From positions 1 to 64,000 of IMG/VR virus record IMGVR_UViG_3300005330_000014: 64,000 bases of DNA; one strand, 5' to 3'. Positions 57,155 through 63,797 of this stretch are shown here, one piece after another. Each line of letters begins with the position of its first letter. Positions within the stretch are counted from its first letter, which is position 1. The DNA is from a virus (lineage: Duplodnaviria; Caudoviricetes). Both the position numbers and the translations under genes were made by a program. The notes under the pieces were generated by a model that was not told where the DNA came from, searched no databases, and was given only the letters and a program-made list of their open reading frames with translations.

Positions 57155-57397
57155 TTATTGAATCAACCATTTGAAAGCTGCTTCGTCGCCCGGCTGCGCG
57201 GACAATTTCAGAGAATGAGATTCTCCAAAACACTTAATTACTGATTTATAACCCGGAGTTATTTCGATAAATCCCGCACTAATGGGCGTCCAACCTTGGA
57301 ATTTCCGCGCGAAGTCCGCGTGTTCAATCCACTTGGGGAAAATGAAACCGTCAAAGCCCGTTGTTCCTTCAAATATGATATATTTACCTGATTGCAT
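57155..57397 (-). CDS. Hypothetical phage protein (KYIIF...H...SAGF...C.GES.SL.L...D)
   Basis: Clean ORF. Confidence 0.6.
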   Translation of the reverse strand: MQSGKYIIFEGTTGFDGFIFPKWIEHADFARKFQGWTPISAGFIEITPGYKSVIKCFGESHSLKLSAQPGDEAAFKWLIQ

Positions 57398-57419
57398 GAT
57401 TTTTAATGATTTAATTTAT

Positions 57420-57608
57420 TTAGCGTTCAGCGTCAACAAGCTCCCCATATTCCCTTGCCAACAAGACAAGAGTTTCTCCCATCTTTTTATGATCGTACGC
57501 CCGAAATGCGGCAGTATATTTCATAGCTGGAAATTTAATTGTTATTTCCGTGGGGTTTTTGGAGTCGATTAGTATTTCAGCTTTGAGAGTAATGATAGAG
57601 CGAGCCAT
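57420..57608 (-). CDS. Hypothetical protein
   Basis: Operonic ORF. Confidence 0.5.
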   Translation of the reverse strand: MARSIITLKAEILIDSKNPTEITIKFPAMKYTAAFRAYDHKKMGETLVLLAREYGELVDAER

Positions 57609-57644
57609 AGAATTTAGTTAATTAAAGTTATTTGAATTGTTTAG

Positions 57645-58055
57645 TTATTCAGCACGATCATTAATTTTAATTGGATTACTAAAGAATCGACTGTCACCCG
57701 TCCAAACGAAATTACCGCCGAACATCGTCCATTTACCAGAGACAATCAAAGAAACAGGAATCGCGCGGAGTCGAATGCCGTAGCACATATCTTGTACAAT
57801 AATGAAATCGTCATTAAATCCTTGTTTAGCTAAATCATTAGCTAGATTCCTAGCCTCTATTTGAGAGTAACCAAGAGCTTCGCAGCCGCGCGTGTTCAAG
57901 CTAAGTGAATCCGGGGCGGAAGTCCGTTCAGCTTTATAATGACAATCAACCGTTTTAGAGCGTTTAGATACTCCATTTTTGCTACCATCACCATAATCAG
58001 AGCGATAGATATCAGCGGGCAGGCAAGGAGTTTTAGAAGAGAAACGAATTTTCAT
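57645..58055 (-). CDS. Hypothetical phage protein (MFGGNF..T.DSRF...PI.I.DR.E), probably leaderless
   Basis: ATG 6 nt after the -10 box of promoter 58062-58090. Confidence 0.7.
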   Translation of the reverse strand: MKIRFSSKTPCLPADIYRSDYGDGSKNGVSKRSKTVDCHYKAERTSAPDSLSLNTRGCEALGYSQIEARNLANDLAKQGFNDDFIIVQDMCYGIRLRAIPVSLIVSGKWTMFGGNFVWTGDSRFFSNPIKINDRAE

Positions 58056-58061
58056 ACCTTT

Positions 58062-58090
58062 ATCTTAAATTGTTTGGCGGAATCAGTCAA
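58062..58090 (-). promoter_or_regulatory. Sigma70 promoter (leaderless transcript)
   Basis: TTGACT-17-TAAGAT-6 nt-ATG. Confidence 0.75.
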
Positions 58091-58124
58091 GGATTAATTT
58101 TCTTTAAATTCGTCTTTGATTTTC

Positions 58125-58487
58125 TTAATAATTTGAATCTTGTCCGTTAGTTTTCTTAATTTGTTTAGTTACTTTCTTGGCTTTAGCCGCCGTTTTAATG
58201 ACACTTTCGCGCGGCTCAAATTCATAAGTTACTTTATCAATAGTTATTTGTTTAATACCGTCAACAGAGATATTCCGATAGTCTTGAACTGAAGTATCAA
58301 AAACAGTAATTAACTTATAATCTTTTGGTTTATAAGGTTGTTGCCCGCCTTGTAAATGAGCAGTGACATGACGCCTGCATACCATCTTTCTTTCTTCCCC
58401 CGTGCTGCGTTTGATAAATACAACTGAAAAGATACGATTGCCCGCCGCATCAATTGCCGCTTTGATATTTTCGTAATTTGGTTTCAT
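58125..58487 (-). CDS. SH3-fold/WYL-like nucleic-acid-binding protein
   Basis: FSVVFIKRSTGEERKM...LITVFD....YRNI pattern. Confidence 0.6.
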   Translation of the reverse strand: MKPNYENIKAAIDAAGNRIFSVVFIKRSTGEERKMVCRRHVTAHLQGGQQPYKPKDYKLITVFDTSVQDYRNISVDGIKQITIDKVTYEFEPRESVIKTAAKAKKVTKQIKKTNGQDSNY

Positions 58488-58535
58488 AACTTACTTATTA
58501 TTTTAATTATTTTAATTGTTTAGTTAGTTAATTAG

Positions 58536-58621
58536 TGAGAAGCGGGACTACCACCCCGTTTATTGCTCTTGGGCTTTCAGGCTGATTTCTCGAAGTTCTA
58601 GCCTTTTCATCCCGCTTCTCA
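58536..58621 (-). ncRNA. Intercistronic structured RNA (12-bp closing stem, three-way junction)
   Basis: TGAGAAGCGGGA/TCCCGCTTCTCA perfect stem enclosing two hairpins. Confidence 0.5.
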
Positions 58622-58624
58622 AAT

Positions 58625-58942
58625 CTAGTCTAGACTATCGGGCGCGTTAGTCAAGCACTTTTTATTTCGGCAAATATATCTATTTTTCTTTTTGTTAAAG
58701 TTACCTTCACGGTGACAGTCGGGGCATTCATCTTCAAACAAAGCAATTTTAATAGAAGTACCTGAAATATTCCGCAATGCTTCCATAAATTGACTCCGGT
58801 AAATCGCGCGGCTTTCAATGTCCATGAAGGGGAAATGCGTTTCAATTTCCACACCAGTAGCTTCCAATCCAACGCTTCTGTCCCCATCATTTGCTTCAAT
58901 AAATAGTTTAAATGAAGTGTTGGAACGTTTATTTGTTTTCAT
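58625..58942 (-). CDS. Hypothetical protein with C-terminal zinc ribbon
   Basis: CPDC...CRNKKC. Confidence 0.6.
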   Translation of the reverse strand: MKTNKRSNTSFKLFIEANDGDRSVGLEATGVEIETHFPFMDIESRAIYRSQFMEALRNISGTSIKIALFEDECPDCHREGNFNKKKNRYICRNKKCLTNAPDSLD

Positions 58943-58953
58943 TTGTGTGTTAT

Positions 58954-59205
58954 TTAGTTCTTAAAATAGTTATTCATATAAGTCTTAAGATGATCGTCAT
59001 TGCAAGTTCGATATACTTCATCCATTAGTTTTTTGTTCGGCCACAATTTATTTTGAGCCGCGCATTTTGGACTCGTTAAAGCAAGGTGAAGAATCCTCCA
59101 ACGGACGCTCGGGGGAATCACTTTGATTTTATGAGGATTGCAGAGCGCAACCGCTTTATCCATCGCCTTATCTAACTTCTCTTTTAATTGTCCTTGAATT
59201 TTCAT
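58954..59205 (-). CDS. Hypothetical protein
   Basis: Operonic ORF. Confidence 0.55.
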   Translation of the reverse strand: MKIQGQLKEKLDKAMDKAVALCNPHKIKVIPPSVRWRILHLALTSPKCAAQNKLWPNKKLMDEVYRTCNDDHLKTYMNNYFKN

Positions 59206-59226
59206 AATATTTAAAGAATTAATTAG

Positions 59227-59544
59227 TTAAACTATTTCACTTTCCAATTTGATTAACTTTTTAAGCAATTCTCCGCCGATGCATGAGTAAAGAGAGTGAC
59301 TGTCTTCTTCGCGTTGCTGACTGATTGCCCAAGCTTTATTTTCGGGGATATTATAAGTATATTCACAATCTTTTAAATGATGAACATTAGCCGTGCCAAC
59401 AAATTGTTCTTCATCCAACCTTTCTTGCTCGGCGCTTTCAACCGTCATTGTCATTGCGTCCAATGTTTCCTTGGGGAAGTAGCCACGCGCGGCTGCCCAT
59501 TGGAGAGTTTCCATTTCGGCATTTGAAAGAGTGATTTGATACAT
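59227..59544 (-). CDS. Hypothetical acidic protein
   Basis: AACTAA leader. Confidence 0.6.
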   Translation of the reverse strand: MYQITLSNAEMETLQWAAARGYFPKETLDAMTMTVESAEQERLDEEQFVGTANVHHLKDCEYTYNIPENKAWAISQQREEDSHSLYSCIGGELLKKLIKLESEIV

Positions 59545-59569
59545 TGTATTATTTAGTTAATTATTTAGA

Positions 59570-59749
59570 TTAAGCAGAAAGTGTCATTTCATCAGAATTA
59601 AGATATTTAATATATTCACGTTCTGTATAAATAGAAGCTAGTTTTTGTTCATGATGTTTTAACCGCGCAGCCAAACGTTTTGCGTCGCGAGTATTTTTTA
59701 CCGTGAAAATTTCGGGGCGGGTATGCGCGGAGTAGGCAATAACTTTCAT
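59570..59749 (-). CDS. Small protein not in track (MKVIAYSAHTRPEIF..., 59 aa), probably leaderless
   Basis: ATG 6 nt after the -10 box of promoter 59756-59784. Confidence 0.6.
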   Translation of the reverse strand: MKVIAYSAHTRPEIFTVKNTRDAKRLAARLKHHEQKLASIYTEREYIKYLNSDEMTLSA

Positions 59750-59755
59750 ACCTTA

Positions 59756-59784
59756 AATTTAATCCCTTTTGTTTAATCCGTCAA
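59756..59784 (-). promoter_or_regulatory. Sigma70 promoter (leaderless transcript)
   Basis: TTGACG-17-TAAATT-6 nt-ATG. Confidence 0.75.
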
Positions 59785-59821
59785 GAGAAATCTTGTGGAT
59801 TTTACCTTGTATATTTGACCA

Positions 59822-59859
59822 GTACAAACAGCAAGCCCGGCGCTTTTCGGGCACCGGGC
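59822..59859 (-). terminator. Terminator of candidate sRNA B (hairpin + 9 nt + GTAC)
   Basis: GCCCGGTGCCC-GAAA-AGCGCCGGGC, TTGCTGTTT, GTAC. Confidence 0.65.
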
Positions 59860-60055
59860 TCTATTGTTTCCGCGTTTCCTTGCTATATTTAACTCTAAGT
59901 TAACTAATTATTTTTCGGCTCAGGAGGCGGGGAGCGTCTTTCGACTCACGTATACTTCATTATAGTTTCCTTATTTAGTTTAATGGTTAATGGTTAATGG
60001 TTTAGTTACTTACTTTATTGCCGCCTAACTGCATGACACGCGGCCCATCCTTGGC
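59826..60055 (-). ncRNA. Candidate sRNA B (~230 nt), apparent paralog of sRNA A
   Basis: Promoter-to-terminator unit with only minigenes; shares GCAGT..AGGCGG.AATA and GTC-loop-GAC..CCCGCCT-N5-GCCGA blocks with A. Confidence 0.55.
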
Positions 60056-60061
60056 AAATCC

Positions 60062-60090
60062 ATTTTACCACTTCAAATCCAATCAGTCAA
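60062..60090 (-). promoter_or_regulatory. Sigma70 promoter of sRNA B
   Basis: TTGACT-17-TAAAAT; TGGTAAAATGGA identical to the sRNA A promoter. Confidence 0.75.
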
Positions 60091-60119
60091 GAACTATTTT
60101 CAAAAATTTTTAATGCTCC

Positions 60120-60386
60120 TTAATCTTTCAAATCCTCGAATTGTTTAATTTCTTTAAATGTTAAAGTCGTGATACTTCTTTTTTGACCATGTAAATGTTT
60201 AATTATTGGGTGCATCGCGCGGCCACACAGCTTTAACCCAGCTTCGACTCCAGCAATAAAATCTTGTTCAATAGCCCATGATTGGGCGTTCGGTTTCTTA
60301 GCTATTCCTTTACATTTAAATCGGGCGCATATTCCTAATGCTAAAACGAATACTTCAATTGCCAGCATTCTATTATTTGTGCTCAT
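60120..60386 (-). CDS. Hypothetical protein
   Basis: Clean ORF immediately downstream of hairpin 60420-60480. Confidence 0.6.
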   Translation of the reverse strand: MSTNNRMLAIEVFVLALGICARFKCKGIAKKPNAQSWAIEQDFIAGVEAGLKLCGRAMHPIIKHLHGQKRSITTLTFKEIKQFEDLKD

Positions 60387-60419
60387 TTATTACAGTTAAT
60401 TATTAATTAAAATTCTAAA

Positions 60420-60480
60420 GTACAGCAATCCGCCCGATTCGCTGCTCCTAGTCCATAGGCGGGGCAGTCAAATCGGGCGG
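60420..60480 (-). terminator. Terminator/attenuator-like long hairpin with weak U tract + GTAC
   Basis: CCGCCCGATT/AATCGGGCGG outer stem, ATTGCT, GTAC. Confidence 0.55.
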
Positions 60481-60732
60481 GCGTCTTTATTCCGTGTTTT
60501 AGCGTTAAGTTCTAATTATATTTAATCTAGTATAACAATAACAAGTTTTTATTTAGTTATTTAAGGCGGTGAGCGGATTTTCATAAATTATTTAAGCGAG
60601 TTTCGCGTTTAGTTTTCGTATCCTCAGATACACAGTATGTCACTATTTAGTTAACTTGGCGGATTGGTGGCACTCTTCAATTAGTTATTTAGCTACATAT
60701 ATGAGGGATTTAGATTCCCTGAGTCGATTTAC

Positions 60733-60760
60733 AGTCTAGCATATCCGCCGGGACTGTCAA
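60733..60760 (-). promoter_or_regulatory. Sigma70 promoter
   Basis: TTGACA-16-TG-extended TAGACT. Confidence 0.65.
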
Positions 60761-60830
60761 CGAAAATCTTTGATTTTTATTTTTGAAAAACTTTTGGGAG
60801 TTAGTTTCTTCCTCCCATTTAGTTAATTAT

Positions 60831-61235
60831 TTACTTGCGAGACTTCTTAGGCGCGGAAGGCTTTGCCTTTTTAACCGCCTTAGCGACGGGCTTTGCCTTG
60901 GTCTTGCTCTTAGGCGCGGTTTTAACCTTGCGCTTGGCAGGGGCAGCTTTAGCCTTACTCTTAGCCTTAGCTTTGGCGCGCACAAAGCGCGGCTTATTGC
61001 TCAGGGTTGGCTTTGCAGCTTTTTCGCGCGGCGGCTTATTTGTCTTAATTGCCTTATCGGAGATTTCCACGGGAGCAGAAACAGCAACAGGAGGCGCGGC
61101 TTTCGGCTTAGGTTCGGGCGGTTGAATCTTGGGCATCGTGCGATAGGAAGCGCGCGGATTATTTTGTTTTGCAGCATCACGACGGGCTTTGAGACGGGCA
61201 AAACGATCATGGCGGAGAATTGCATTTTTAGTCAT
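60831..61235 (-). CDS. Histone H1-like Lys/Ala/Pro-rich basic protein
   Basis: KAKAKSKAKAAPAKRKVKTAPKSKTKAKPVAKAVKK low-complexity tail; AACTAA leader. Confidence 0.7.
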   Translation of the reverse strand: MTKNAILRHDRFARLKARRDAAKQNNPRASYRTMPKIQPPEPKPKAAPPVAVSAPVEISDKAIKTNKPPREKAAKPTLSNKPRFVRAKAKAKSKAKAAPAKRKVKTAPKSKTKAKPVAKAVKKAKPSAPKKSRK

Positions 61236-61277
61236 ATTTTTAGTTATTTTAGTTGTTTTATATAGCGATACTATTAA

Positions 61278-61457
61278 TTAATTACGGGGATGTTGCTTCC
61301 AGCGAAGCAGCCAACCGTAAGCGTGGGACGTTTTCGCCGCGTGCAATCCACTGCCACCCTTTGCTTTTGCCGCGTCATTCAATTCTTTAATCGCTTCATC
61401 CGCTGAAATTTCGCCTGACTTCACGCGTTCTTTCAGCATCATTTGAGAGATGTTCAT
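61278..61457 (-). CDS. Small protein not in track (MNISQMMLKERVKSGEISADEAI..., 59 aa)
   Basis: (AACT)n leader; clean ORF. Confidence 0.55.
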   Translation of the reverse strand: MNISQMMLKERVKSGEISADEAIKELNDAAKAKGGSGLHAAKTSHAYGWLLRWKQHPRN

Positions 61458-61552
61458 ATGTTTTAGTTAGTTAATTAGGTTACTAAGTACTGAGTTGTTT
61501 TGTTTGTTTTTAGTTACTGATTATTTAGTTGTTTAATATGTAATATGTTTAG

Positions 61553-61747
61553 TTATTCCGCCGCTGCATTGACTGGGGCGCGGAAACGATTGGAGATTGC
61601 CCGGCGAAAAACCGCTTTCGGCAAGCAATCGTACTTCTTTTGAAAGTGCCGCGTTCCACCCGTCAGAGCTTGCGCGGTGTCATGGCGCAAAGTCCCAAGT
61701 TGTTCGTTGTAGTCGGCGGCGCTTTTGGCATGGATGATGTTGTTCAT
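61553..61747 (-). CDS. Hypothetical protein, probably leaderless
   Basis: ATG 6 nt after a weak -10 (GAAACT) of promoter 61754-61781. Confidence 0.55.
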   Translation of the reverse strand: MNNIIHAKSAADYNEQLGTLRHDTAQALTGGTRHFQKKYDCLPKAVFRRAISNRFRAPVNAAAE

Positions 61748-62018
61748 GGATGCAGTTTCGCAGGATTTTAAAAACAGTCAACAACTTTTTTCGTTTATTT
61801 TTGCTAAAGGAAATTACCGGGATTTGTTTATTTCTTAAACCCAACCAAAGCATCTTTTACTTTTTCAACTAAAATTTGAGGCAATCCATGATATATATAT
61901 TTCCCTATATAATAGGGAATTAATTCCCCTACCATCAATTGCACATGGTTATCAGTTAAATATTTGTCTTCTTCTTTAGTTAAGGAAACGGTCGAAGTAA
62001 TTTGCATAAGTTTATAAT

Positions 62019-62213
62019 TTATTCTTTAAAATTCTTTAAGGCCGCGCGGACTTCATTTAATAGTTTATCTGAAATATTGCCAATTAGAATATCATTCATT
62101 CCGGGGCAAGGTTCAAATCTAAGTAATCTTTCCCACAAACTTCTTTTGTTTTTATATATATAATCCCATTCTTTTTGAGTTAAAGTCAAATTAGTAATTG
62201 TCGAAACTTTCAT
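62019..62213 (-). CDS. Hypothetical protein
   Basis: Clean ORF downstream of tRNA-Cys. Confidence 0.55.
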   Translation of the reverse strand: MKVSTITNLTLTQKEWDYIYKNKRSLWERLLRFEPCPGMNDILIGNISDKLLNEVRAALKNFKE

Positions 62214-62239
62214 GATTAATTATCTAGTTTCAAATTAAG

Positions 62240-62311
62240 ACTCCCGTGGCTGAATCGAACAGCCGAATATCTGGATTGCAAACAGATGCCTTCCCACTTG
62301 GCGAACGGGAG
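62240..62311 (-). tRNA. trnC: tRNA-Cys(GCA)
   Basis: CTCCCGT/ACGGGAG acceptor; U73; loop TT-GCA-AT (31-39 mismatch); GGCTG-TTCGATT-CAGCC T arm. Confidence 0.82.
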
Positions 62312-62330
62312 ATTGAAATTGATTAGTTAA

Positions 62331-62693
62331 TTAACCCCAATCAAACATTTCATCAGCTTTCTCAATCTTTTTCTTAATTGCTTCTTCCTTAAATCCAAAG
62401 AGTTTATAATAATTAATGATATCCTTGTCAGGCATTCCTTGATAAATCATTTCCCTAATATCTTTTAGTTTAATTACTCGTTTAGTGGCGCGCGGCTTTT
62501 CATTCAGCATTGTCAATCGCCGCCAGAAATGCCCGCCTTCCAAGGCAATATTCCCAATACGATTTGCATCATACGATTTAATTACTACTAAATACTTGCG
62601 CCCGGTTTCTGAATTTTCCGCGCCAAGATAAACAATCCCATGATTTTTATAGTTTGTATATTTGCGGCCCTTAATGATATCGGAAGAATCCAT
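62331..62693 (-). CDS. Hypothetical protein
   Basis: Clean ORF. Confidence 0.55.
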   Translation of the reverse strand: MDSSDIIKGRKYTNYKNHGIVYLGAENSETGRKYLVVIKSYDANRIGNIALEGGHFWRRLTMLNEKPRATKRVIKLKDIREMIYQGMPDKDIINYYKLFGFKEEAIKKKIEKADEMFDWG

Positions 62694-62825
62694 GAACTTT
62701 ATTACTTATTTACTTATGAATATTAAACTTAAAATAAGACTTGGAATCCAGTATTAGAACTATAGCTGCAACTACGAGCACGATGAACACGCAGCCACAA
62801 GCAAAGCCAAGAGCAAACATATTGA

Positions 62826-63152
62826 TTAATTAGCTAAATTATTGAATGACACTTGGACATTTTCATTCGGCGGCAATTGAATAAATCTATAATTACGATC
62901 TGGGTCTGCCCAATGATTATTATTAATATCAATTTGCTCGCATCGATTAGGAGAAATCATAATTAGAAGCTTAAATCCCACCACAATTCTGATATCTGCT
63001 TCTTCACGATTTGCTGATGTACGTAAAGGCGTTCCATCTGAATGAACTACTCTATATACTCCATGCCGAAGATTCCTTGGGTGAATAGCATCCCAAGTTA
63101 GCAATTCGGGCTCAACGGGAAAAGCTTGACGATTAGTAGTAATGTTTAACAT
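62826..63152 (-). CDS. Hypothetical protein
   Basis: AACT leader. Confidence 0.55.
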   Translation of the reverse strand: MLNITTNRQAFPVEPELLTWDAIHPRNLRHGVYRVVHSDGTPLRTSANREEADIRIVVGFKLLIMISPNRCEQIDINNNHWADPDRNYRFIQLPPNENVQVSFNNLAN

Positions 63153-63200
63153 ATTGAATTATTGATTAGTGATTTAGTTGTTTAGTTAAAACAGTTGGCA

Positions 63201-63237
63201 AACAAAGAAAGCCGCGCGGCCAAGCAACTCGGCGGAC
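63201..63237 (-). terminator. Probable terminator containing GCCGCGCGGC
   Basis: GC-rich hairpin followed by TTTCTTTGTT; no GTAC. Confidence 0.5.
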
Positions 63238-63303
63238 TTCATTATAAAAGTATTTAATTTAGGAAATTGGATAGTCATGTTTTTTTTGAATTATTTAAGT
63301 TAG

Positions 63304-63558
63304 TTAGTTAACTGTTTGCGTATTCGTTACCGGCAAAATTACATATTCCATACAATCCCCGGCTTTTTCGATTTGCTCCAAACAATCGCGTTCGGTTAAG
63401 CCATCATCATACTTTTCAATATTTCTGCCATATTGATTTCGTGTAGGCTTTTTAAGTAAACCATTTTCGTCAACATAATAGATACGATATCTAAAATCGA
63501 CTTTTACTTTTCTTTCAATCGGTTTTTGAACAATTTTATGAATTCCACAGTTAGCCAT
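63304..63558 (-). CDS. Hypothetical protein
   Basis: Clean ORF. Confidence 0.55.
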   Translation of the reverse strand: MANCGIHKIVQKPIERKVKVDFRYRIYYVDENGLLKKPTRNQYGRNIEKYDDGLTERDCLEQIEKAGDCMEYVILPVTNTQTVN

Positions 63559-63614
63559 ATAATAATAATTAGTAATTAAATTAGATAATTAGGTATTAAA
63601 TAAATATTGTTATG

Positions 63615-63797
63615 TTAACAGTTATTAACGGAATAACTCCACTCTTGGGGCAGCGTATTACAAATGCTTTGGACTTGTTGAACAGTATAGTTAATATAGT
63701 AACCGTATGTCTGCATTTCGCCGCGCGGCGTCGTTTTAACGCAAACCCGGAATTTTCCCTCGATTTCGGGCGCGTAAATAATATTTTGTTTTTTCAT
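63615..63797 (-). CDS. Hypothetical protein
   Basis: AACT leader. Confidence 0.5.
   Translation of the reverse strand: MKKQNIIYAPEIEGKFRVCVKTTPRGEMQTYGYYINYTVQQVQSICNTLPQEWSYSVNNC

Larger units (their letters stand above)
44920..63320 (-). repeat. (AACT)n / TAACTAA low-complexity intergenic repeats flanking early genes
   Basis: TTAGTTAGTTAG runs on plus strand at e.g. 44923, 45013, 45405, 45845, 46730, 47785, 58520, 61463, 63299. Confidence 0.8.
7319..63728. repeat. Highly iterated palindrome CCGCGCGG (at least 17 perfect copies, many more CGCGCGG half-matches)
   Basis: Copies at 7319, 26500, 37312, 39863, 41898, 48203, 48460, 49214, 51661, 52445, 54184, 55287, 55548, 57046, 62042, 63212, 63721. 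Confidence 0.9.

Noticed and set aside
58536-58621. Hammerhead ribozyme
   Set aside because: It has a three-way junction with GAAA, but no CUGANGA core and no valid NUH cleavage triplet.
59905-59962. Selenocysteine read-through of MKYT-TGA followed by a hairpin
   Set aside because: The hairpin lacks the bacterial SECIS spacing and loop, the extended peptide is 18 aa with no recognisable selenoprotein motif, and no tRNA-Sec is seen.
61283-61320. Hairpin TTACGG...CCGTAA as an intercistronic RNA element
   Set aside because: It lies inside the 3' end of an untracked 59-aa ORF (61278-61457), so it may be incidental.
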